A stretch of 20,000 nt of DNA from Eremomyces bilateralis CBS 781.70 (taxonomy: Eukaryota): NCBI GenBank assembly GCA_010015585.1, contig ML975175.1, one strand, 5' to 3'. This document shows, one piece after another, positions 11,095 to 20,000 of this stretch (the first letter of the stretch is position 1; each line of letters opens with the position of its first letter). A model generated the notes under the pieces. The model was given only the letters and a program-made list of their open reading frames with translations. It was not told the origin of the DNA and searched no databases. The translations under genes were made by a program, and so were the position numbers.

Positions 11095-11394
11095 GGCTAG
11101 CCGCTATTAGAGGTGGTCAGATGCACAAAGGAATGTCCATCTCAGAATCGGGTATAATCGCTGGTGAGACGCCAGGAAACAAGCGTGTTTACCAAAAGTT
11201 GGATTGTTGTTGTCCAAGTTACCAAGCTTAGTCCAAGCGACCAAGCAGGACTTGGCAGCGCACGGATCCCTTTTCTGGTGGTGGAACTACTATGTAGTCC
11301 CAGTATGTCCTTTCGCTGAAGATATTCTTAAGAGAACTCATCAACTCAATCTCCCTAGCGACTTACGTTCGGTTCCTCAAAGCCTACCCTTACT

Positions 11395-14300
11395 ATGCGA
11401 CTGCTTAGCACTGGCCCTGGCGGAAGCTTCAGCCTGCACTGCTTCACCAGCAACATTCCTAGCTATGCAATCCTTTCGCACACCTGGGAGGCGGATGACC
11501 AGGAGGTTACATTCCAAGATATTATGAATGCCGCGGGAACCAGCAAGACAGGCTATAGAAAGATCGAGTTTTGTAAGGAGCAAGCAGAGAAAAACGGACT
11601 TCAGTATTTCTGGGTGGACAGCTGCTGCATCGACAAGTCAAGTAGCGCCGAGCTCACAGAAGCTATCAACTCGATGTTTCGCTGGTACCAGGATGCAGCA
11701 AAATGCTATGTATATCTCTCAGACGTTTCAACAGGAAAGCACACCCGATCTTCTAAGCTCCTATGGGAACCGGCGTTTAGACAGGGTCGATGGTTCACCA
11801 GAGGTTGGACACTACAGGAGCTTCTTGCTCCGCGATCAGTCGAGTTCTTCTCCCGAGATGGCAAGCGACTTGGTAACAAAGACTCGTTAGAACAGCAAAT
11901 TCATAAGATCACTGGGATTGCAATTGACGCACTTCGAGGACATCTTTCTCAATTCAGCGACGAGGAGCGAATGGCATGGGCAGAAAAGCGAGAGACCACG
12001 AAAGAAGAGGATCAAGCATATTGCCTCATGGGAATCTTCGACGTCTCCCTACCAGTCATATATGGCGAGGGGAAAAGAAAAGCACTCCAGCGGCTTCGAG
12101 AAGCGATCGATAAGCGTTCAGGCGATACGCAAGGTAATTTAACCGCCAAATTATTTAGTTAGCCGGCTAATCTGCGAAGTGGAATGGAACAACAAGGAAC
12201 GGGACTGTATGCAAGCCCTGCGTACTTCGGCTTCCGACTACGAGCAGTTCAAGGAGAGGAACTCTAGCCGACTTAGAGATACCTGTCAGTGGGTTCTCCA
12301 TCATAAAAATTTCCGAAACTGGAAAGACAGCAGCTCCTCAAGTCTTCTTTGGATATCTGCGGATCCTGGATGCGGAAAATCGGTTTTTTCTAAATCTCTT
12401 GTCGACGAAGACTTGAAAAATATGGACGCTCGCACAACTTACTACTTCTTCTTCAAAGATGACGACGACGTACAGAAAAGTGCAGTTACAGCTCTTGCGG
12501 CACTACTCCACCAGCTCTTTCGGCGGAAACCAACACTTATTAAACATGCTATTTCGGATTTCGCCGCTAATGGACATCAACTTTCTCAATCATTTCATAC
12601 ACTCTGGGGGATTTTAATAAAGACGGTGGCTGATCGGAATGCCGGGGAAGTCTTTTGCGTCTTGGATGCCCTCGACGAATGCACAAAAGCAGGGCAGTAT
12701 CAGATTATTAACGCTCTCAGTTCATTCTATCAGCAAGCAAGCTCCGGAAACGATTCATCTCGACTCAAAATATGTATCACTAGTCGTCCTTACCCAGACA
12801 TCGAACGGCGCTTCACCGATCTTACTTCTAACTTTCCTACGATTCGGCTACACGGCGAGCAAGAGTCAGATGAAATCAGTCGTGAGATCGACCTAGTCAT
12901 CAAATGGAGAGTATCCCAACTCGGATCTGAGCTTAAGCTTAATAATTTAGAACAGTCAAATCTCGAAATAGAACTGTTAAGAATGAGCCACCGAACATAC
13001 CTCTGGGTAACGCTCATTTTCGATATCATTCGTAAAATGATTCGACCGACAAGTCGGAAACTGAAGGCAGTTATTAGTAACCTTCCGTCTACAGTTGATG
13101 AAGCATACGAAGCGATTCTTACAAAAATCGAGGAAGATGATCGACCACAAGCGCGGAAATTGCTCTATATCGTTGTTGGAGCAACCAGGCCTCTTACACT
13201 GAAGGAAATGAACATCGCTCTAGCTATAGAAGACCGTCATCGCTCCTACGACGACCTTAAGCCTGACCTTGACGATAAAGCGAGGTTTGAGGCGTCGGTG
13301 ACACACCTCTGCGGGCTCTTTGTGACTGTAGTGGATCGAACGGTCTATCTAATCCATCAGACCGCAAAAGAATTCCTTCTCGCGAAGAGCGAGGCCGCTG
13401 CTATTGGATGGAAACATTCTCTTGTTCCAACGAATTCCGAGACCCTTATGGCCAGAGCATGCCTTACATATCTTTCATTTACTGAATTTGATGGAGCGAC
13501 AGATCAGATCTCTGCAGCAGTCAAACACGACTACTTAGATTATGCTGCCGGTTCTTGGGCTGCTCACTATCGAAAAGCACAGCATAGTGCAACCGAGCAA
13601 ATGTTGGACTTGGTTTTCAGAGTCTGCGATACCCGATCCCAGCGGTTCAAGACTTGGTTCGATATATACTGGAAGATGGCTTACCAGTGGCACTCTAATC
13701 CACAGTTCACAAGCATTCTGATGGTAGAGTCATATTTTGGGCACGAGGGTATCGTCAAGCTGCTGCTCGAGGCCGAGGCCGAGGCCGACTCGAAGGATGA
13801 TAACGGTCAGACGCCGCTGTCATGGGCGGCCGAGAACGGGCATGCGGGTATCGTCAAACTGCTGCTCGAGGCCGACGCCGACGCTGACTCGAAGGATAAC
13901 AACGGTCGGACGCCGCTGTGGAGGGCGGCCACGAACGGGCACGAGAGTATCGTCAAGCAGCTGCACGAGGCCGAGGCCGAGGCCGACTCGAAGGATAACT
14001 ACGGTCGGACGCCGCTGTGGAGGGCGGCCGAGAACGGGCACGCGGGTGTCGTCAAGCTGCTGCTCGAGGCCGAGGTCGACGCTAACTCGAAGGATAACAA
14101 CGGTCAGACGGCGCTGTCGTGGGCGGCCGCGAACGGGCATAAGAGTATCATCAAGCTGCTGCTCGAGGCCGAGGCCGAGGCCGACTCGAAGGATGACTAC
14201 GGTCGGACGCCGCTGTCGTGGGCAGCCGAGAACGGGCACGAGGGTATCGTCAAGCTGCTGCTCGAGGCCGAGGCCGAGGCCGACTCGAAGGACGATGACG

Positions 14301-14509
14301 GTCGGACGCTGCTATGGTGGGCGGCCGAGAACGGGCACGAGAGTATCGTCAAGCTGCTGCTCGAGGCCGGCGTCGACGCCAACTCGAAGGATAACTACGG
14401 TCGGACGCCGCTGTGGTGGGCGGCCGCGAACGGGCACGAGGGTATCGTGAAGCTGCTGGAGTCCTTTAGCACTCTAGGATTTTCGGTTTGCCCCCCACCC
14501 ACTACCTAA
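11395..14509 (+). CDS. Fungal NLR-like protein HET-NACHT-ankyrin (~1022 aa); exons 11395-12133 and 12180-14509
   Basis: HET domain (YAILSHTW, YFWVDSCCIDK, WFTRGWTLQELLAP); 46-nt intron GTAATT...GCTAAT...AAG keeps the frame; NACHT P-loop ADPGCGKS, Walker B VLDALDEC and ITSRP; C-terminal ankyrin repeats. Confidence 0.92.
13739..14459 (+). repeat. 99-bp high-identity ankyrin tandem repeat, 7 full units plus a partial unit
   Basis: Units begin GGGCAYG/AAG..TATCGTCAAG-like at 13739, 13838, 13937, 14036, 14135, 14234, 14333 and 14432. The array is GC-rich and contains internal GAGGCC hexamers. Confidence 0.95.
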
Positions 14510-15071
14510 AGTCATCCACGCTCTTAAAATATTCTGTATAGTTAATAGACAAGAACTTCTATTGCTTTGAAATCAATCTGCTGTTTATAAAATCCATGCG
14601 GTTCTCGGATTGGTAATAATTCTCGGTTTAATGTGCCACGTGATATACGGTACTCATTTGACAGTCAAATGGCTTTCGTTGCCACCAGACTCTCTGCATT
14701 TTAAAAGCGTTCTTTTGAGGTCAGCTTCAGCTGAATCCCCGTTTAGCTTCAAGAAGACCATTTAGGCAAAGAGTATGAAGGCATCCGTGCGCTGAGAAGA
14801 ATCCAAGATTCCAAGATGCAAAATGCAAAACCGGAAACCGAATCTCCTCGCGACTGTATAAATCATAGAACGCCTGCGGAATAGACTCTTGGTGTCGTGA
14901 GTGTTATAAAGAGCCAAATCTGGCTCCCGGTAGGAGTGAGAGCCTGATTTTGTACAGTAGTAGGGTCATTCGAGGCGTAATGATGTAAACGAGTGACCCT
15001 TTGGGCCATTAGAGAGTCCGAACAGGCCGTTCCGACTACGATATACATGTAGGAGAGGAAAGGGAGAGAGC

Positions 15072-15209
15072 GAGCAGTGGGTGAGCAGTGGGTAAAGAAC
15101 CCAAATGGCTAATATCTATCAGGAGCCTGTTTGAGCTCCGGTAATGATCTACGAACCGTGAAAGTCATAGAGTGCTGCGTGAGCAGTGGGTGAGCATTGG
15201 GTGAGCAGT
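15072..15209. repeat. Two clusters of an 11-bp motif GAGCAGTGGGT
   Basis: GAGCAGTGGGTGAGCAGTGGGT at about 15073-15094; GAGCAGTGGGTGAGCATTGGGTGAGCAGT at about 15181-15209. Confidence 0.75.
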
Positions 15210-15360
15210 ACCACGTGGCTGGGCGCGCGAGCCGCGCGAGGGAGATCTGGGGCATGGACGCGCCGCTCATCAGGCCGGATGATCATATCGTGTGGCGGAT
15301 GTCGTCTGGTGCGAGGCCGATTGATGCCGACTCGATCCTGCGTTCGATGAGCAAGTGGGG
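15210..15360 (+). pseudogene. Fragment resembling the C-terminal domain of an FAD-dependent aromatic-ring monooxygenase
   Basis: Translation RAREIWGMDAPLIRPDDHIVWR resembles the conserved LVRPDGHVAWR motif. The fragment is a GC-rich island with no upstream exons evident. Confidence 0.45.
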
Positions 15361-15735
15361 GGTGAGGCACACCCCACTGTGCTCCATTCATACCCGCTGA
15401 CCCCGCCACCCTGCTCCATTCACGCCCTACCCGGTCACATGACATACCAATCCCTTAGAAATGTGGTCGTGGGTTACCTCAGCAAGCTCAGGCTATTTGT
15501 GGTCGTGCCAAGGCACCGGAGTGGGACTATACCTAATCGGTAAGTCACATGCACTCCTCGAACAAATAGCCTGAGGATTCTGTCAATGGGTTTTGGGTGT
15601 GTGTGGAGAGCTTTCATACCAAATGGAAGACCATTTTTAACTCCATTTTCTTCCACAACCACACTGTGCTCCGTCAATTAAATATAACCATTCGATTCCC
15701 CTGCTTTTTCTCCATAATTGATTGAATTTTGGGTC

Positions 15736-16600
15736 ATGTCGGCCTGAAACCAGCGTCGTCAGAGCGCGCGGTTGAACTCGCCCACTTTGCTACTTGCTCC
15801 AAGTCCTCAGCATAGTGCTGCGTCAAACACATCTAATGCACCACATCAGAAAGTAAGAGGGTCTCAAAGACGCAGTAAGCCACAGAGAATAAATGAGATA
15901 TGTCAATTCATGAAGAAAAGAGCATTAAATTTTGAGAATTTATCTACATCTACGCGACGACTTAAGGGTTGGGTGGTTATAGAGAGTGCTCTGTCACGCG
16001 AGCCAAATAGCTCGCTGAGGCTGTCTACGGTTAGCCAGAGCCCAGAGGTCTTAGACGCACTATAAGAATCCCGCGTCTAGTGCGGCAGGAACTATCACTA
16101 TAAAGGGTCTAAGGAAGGAAATGAAGGCACTAGAAGAAGCCGTAGATATGTTTAGTGCCTACTAAGTCGACTGCATCTAGGAGAAGACTTTACCTACCGG
16201 CGTAGGGAGGGGGAAACAGTTAGAGGGTTAGAAAATCGAGGACTACGAGTGTATACTAGGCGACATACTGTCTAGGCAGATATACGAGCAAGTTAGCACT
16301 CGTGCTCCTCTTCTATGTAGATTGCTTAATAGTCTTATGACACCTAAGATGAGAAAAGATCGACTACCACGGGATCCTGTTAAGTTTAACCACAGGATTG
16401 CGATAGTCACGTTAATTCTCTGCTATTCTCGGGGGTCGGAAGGGAGCAATAGGTTTCCCCGCGTATTTGACGCCTTTCTGCATTCAAATGGTGTGAAACG
16501 GCGTGTCCTCGATATTCTTCACCAGCTTGGGGTTTATAAAGGCTACAAGAGGGCCCACAGATATCTCGAAACCGTGGCAGAATAAACAAAGGCATCCTTA
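15736..16600 (+). pseudogene. N-terminal remnant of a DUF6589/Academ-type transposase-like protein
   Basis: Degenerate frame with many TAG/TAA stops, ending in ILCYSRGSEGSNRFPRVFDAFLHSNGVKRRVLDILHQLGVYKGY. This resembles the LxLHxxGxxRRVIDxLxxLG..SY motif of fungal DUF6589-associated proteins. Truncated at about 16600. Confidence 0.6.
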
Positions 16601-16654
16601 TCGCCTCTTAGTATATAGACGTCGACCGATTATAACTAGGGGACGGTCCGTCGA

Positions 16655-17024
16655 TATACTCCTGTCTAATTCGATCCAAAGGGATAAGGATGAAGCCGAT
16701 GCCACCGCGACAAAGCAATAGCGTTACCTGGAATATGACACTTTTACCAAAAGATATCTTCGCTACAAGAGGAAGGTCCTCCTACTTGAATACTAAATGC
16801 CATATAACATCTACCTGCTTCTAACGAGGCTCGAATGGGTAGAGATGGCGGTCTAGGCCTGCTCGGATGATGACCTTCTGCACTTCCTCGGGCACGTCTC
16901 TTGCAATTTCGACCAGCCGCTGTATAGCTAGCATACTCGTAGTGCTATAGGCATCGTGGACGAGATCTCTGGCGATGTCCACAGTCTCTCGTCGCCCGTT
17001 TCGAACGCTCGCCTTGCTTCGCAT
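16655..17024 (-). pseudogene. N-terminal remnant of a RecQ-like SF2 helicase
   Basis: Reading through two TAG stops gives YPFEPR*KQVDVIWHLVFK*EDLPLVAKISFGKSVIFQ...GIGFILIPL, i.e. the Q motif, Walker A (AKTSFGKS with a T>I change) and motif Ia. Confidence 0.8.
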
Positions 17025-17544
17025 GGGAAATATGAACACAAAATGTGTTCAATAATAGATATTCGTGTGAATACCGACCGAGAAAGGCGTTATATGACAT
17101 CCAATGGGTGTTTTCCAGGCTCATTCGACCGTAAGCTCCGGAACGATGGCTGGATGGTGATTTCGGTGTGGTCTAGTTCATCACATATTAGCGTTTTTCA
17201 CCCGACACAAGCATGGACATGTAAAAAAAAATCAATTACGAGATAGAGAATACTTTAATACACAATCGATCAGATTTTGGAGTACATACGACGTGTTTTG
17301 ATGTGGTTATTAATGGATCGTGATTTTGTCAAATCCACAGAGATACATACAAACCACATACAAAATTTATGCAGAGCAGTGCGCGTCATTGACAGAATCC
17401 TCAGGCTATTTACCAGAGGAGTAGTTAAAGTAACGTGACCTTTTACAAAAAAGGTTAGACTCCCCTGAGAAATAGCCTGAGCTTGCTGAGGTAAGTCGTG
17501 GGACTCCTCAAAACTGAGGATGAGTAAGCTTCAGCTGACGAACC

Positions 17545-20000
17545 TAGGGCAGTCCAAATGAGCTCATCTGGATTAAATGATGAATTACAGAGGAATCTCA
17601 TAAAAGGTGGCAGTAATGGGCCCGTGCGTTGCTGATTAATCATGCTGAGTCATCATACTGAGTCATGTAACGTGCCTATTTTATGAAGAATTGAAGATTG
17701 AGGCTATGTACAGAGTATATACACGCCCATTGCTTGAACAATTGCGTACTAAGATGCCCCCCAAAGGGCGCATCCCCGATGTAGAAATACTCAATTCCTT
17801 TATACGAATAAAACACCTTGATTACGCTACAGATAGAGCTATCTGTACTCTAAGGCGTGTAAGACAGAACGATCCTGGCAAACCACCGACCTCCGGACAC
17901 ACCTCACACGCTGCAAGCCATACCTTACGCTTAATGGGAAATTATAGACGTCAATCCAGCCGAAACTTAGGGTGCCGTCGCTCTCTGCGCTACAAATGAG
18001 GACTATCCAGTTGGATATGACAATGGCTGTCATAATGGATGCCTTACCGCTTGATGCTTTTGAGGAGAAGAAGCACCTCGCGCGTATCTATCGCACGTTC
18101 TATCCTCTCGTCAAGCCTCCTACACGGAAGGATATCGTCAACGACTTTCTACCAGGTTAGTTTAAGTACTCTTTTATTTCTCCCAGCCACTAATTAAGTA
18201 GAACTCTACGAACGTTGCCGGAAGCAAGTTATGCCTATTATTCAGAGCTCCTCCACAATCAACCTTATTGCTGATGAGTCGAACAACATACGCAAGAAAC
18301 GAGTCCAGAATCTCTGTGTCAACGTGCCAGACTACGGCGCCTTATATATCAAATCCGAGATCCTCGCCGGCGAAACCTTAAATGGCGAATGGAGCGCGGG
18401 GTGGCTATACAAGTGCATGAAGGAACTATGCAATGGCAACTTCACACGGATCAATTCGGTTACAACAGACACCTGTGCTACACAGCTTAAAGCGGCGACG
18501 ATACTCAGCAAGCAACCGGAGCTTCGACACGTATTCTTTGTACCGTGCAATAGCCACGGCTTGCAGCTCCTTATTAAAGACATTGTGTTACTCCCGTGGT
18601 TCGAAGAACGGTTCAAAAAAGCACAGGCTATTGTTACGGCATTTACCTCCTCTCCAAAGCAACTAGGTATCCTCCGAGAGCATATGCAAAGTACAATGCA
18701 GAAGGTATACTCCTTTACCTTATCTGTTATTACTAGATGGGGTACTCAAGTATCAATGCTCAAGTCTGTCAAGCGAGCACAACCGGCCTTATTACTGTAC
18801 TTCAACAGCCTACCAGACGAGGTAGGCGATTCGGTAAACGAGCTTAAGGCGGTAGTCTGGGATCGACAATTCTGGATTGACATCGAATTCATCCTCCACA
18901 TTTTGGAACCGATCGATAGCCTTATTAAGCAGTCAGAATCGGACTCTGCAAAGCTTCACCACGTCGTGACTAGCTGGAAGCAAGCTCAACAGCACTTAGC
19001 CAATATCGTTCAAGAACGTCCTGATATCGATGACCTCTCAAAGATCCCACAACTCCTGCAGTCTCGATTTGAACGTCAAACGACAGATATTCATATTGCT
19101 GCGTTCCTTCTTAACCCACATACGATCGGCGACGACTCAATACCATTCCATACAGCCGCACAGGTTTGGGAGAAGCTTAATAACTTCTTAAAGAGGATGG
19201 GGGTGGATTATAAGAATGCTATAACTCAGATCATTGAGTTTCGGGGGCGTGAAGGACGATTCAATATGGGACACTTTATATGGGAGCATAAAGAGACGAT
19301 TAAGACTTTCTGGCAGATTGCGTCCACATTCGCCCCAGCAGTTGGACCTATTGCATTGAGACTGGCATCAACTCCTTGCAATTCAGTGCCCTGTGAGCGC
19401 TCCTTCTCTATACTCAAACTATTACAGAACAAGCTCCGTTCATGCCTTGAGGGTACGAATGTTGATATGCTACAATTCGTGTATATCAATCAGAGAGTAT
19501 TTGATAGGAAGGGAAGAGACCATGCTAGCGAGATTGAAAATGCAGCGGAGGACTTAGAGGAGGAGTATATTGAGCTTGAAGATGGCCTTATTGAGGCGGG
19601 AGAAGATCATGTAGATAATCCTATGCTATTGTAAACACGAAAAGAATCAATATCTTTAGGATTAAAGCTTCAAATACGTTAACAAAGAAAAGCAGTTGAA
19701 GGTAGGAACCAAGTTGGCTAGTATTTATAAGGACGGCGAGCCCTAATGTACATACACGTCCATTACTGTTATGGTTTGGTCATTTGAGTGATGAAGATGT
19801 CGATTACAAGACTTATACAGTTGGAGAGAGCTATGAGAACGGGTATTAGGATCTCCTGCAAATACTGCTGCGGGTGCCTCAGGCACTAATATTTGGGTAA
19901 TGCTATACCTAATTAGGCTAGTATTAATGAGGGCATTTATGAGCGCTAGAGCTAAATCGGGTTAGATTTCATGAAGACTTTATGAGGACGGCGTGCCCTA
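17545..20000 (+). mobile_element. hAT-superfamily transposon (boundaries tentative)
   Basis: TAGGGCA at 17545 and TGCCCTA at 19994-20000; ATGAG/CTCAT subterminal motifs at both ends; hAT transposase inside. The TSD cannot be checked because the window ends here. Confidence 0.6.
17754..19634 (+). pseudogene. hAT transposase (BED finger plus DDE core plus dimerisation domain); frameshift at about 17855, TAG at 17945-17947, intron 18156-18201
   Basis: C..C...HLTRC BED-like finger across the frameshift; catalytic motifs IADES, VTTD, CNSHGLQL, TRWGT and SVPCERSFS; intron GTTAGT...CTAAT...TAG restores the frame into ORF 18231-19634. Confidence 0.88.

Larger units (their letters stand above)
15474..17494. 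mobile_element. AcademH-like DNA transposon, internally deleted and RIP-mutated (2021 bp)
   Basis: Perfect 25-bp TIR TTACCTCAGCAAGCTCAGGCTATTT (15474-15498 / 17470-17494); second perfect 25-bp IR (15564-15588 / 17387-17411); 8-bp TSD GTCGTGGG (15466-15473, 17495-17502); convergent transposase-like and RecQ-helicase-like remnants inside. Confidence 0.85.

Noticed and set aside
13737..14450. Arg-rich 237-aa ORF and antisense ORFs over the repeat; CRISPR-like periodicity
   Set aside because: These are shadow frames of the 99-bp coding ankyrin repeat, with no unique spacers.

Overview
Fungal (ascomycete-like) genomic DNA with short GT-AG introns and RIP-like C>T/G>A damage. A core gene at the left (Y-family DNA polymerase iota-like, 4 exons, minus strand) gives way at about 2.8 kb to an accessory, transposon-rich block. 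In order, this block holds: a frameshifted Tc1/mariner element with a nested TA-flanked MITE; a Cys-rich single-pass membrane protein gene; an orphan multi-exon gene; a full-length (760-codon) Spok-like meiotic-drive gene broken by one nonsense codon, head-to-head with an intact HET-NACHT-ankyrin NLR; a stray fragment of an FAD monooxygenase; an internally deleted AcademH-like transposon (transposase plus convergent RecQ-like helicase remnants); and a hAT transposon pseudogene running to the window edge. The most unusual signal is at the ends of the AcademH-like element. Each end is a perfect 25-bp arm / variable folded spacer / perfect 25-bp arm cassette, and the left spacer contains several 7-10 bp copies of the element's own insertion site, which could indicate guide-like or templated targeting. 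All family assignments come from motif recognition by eye; no database searches were run.
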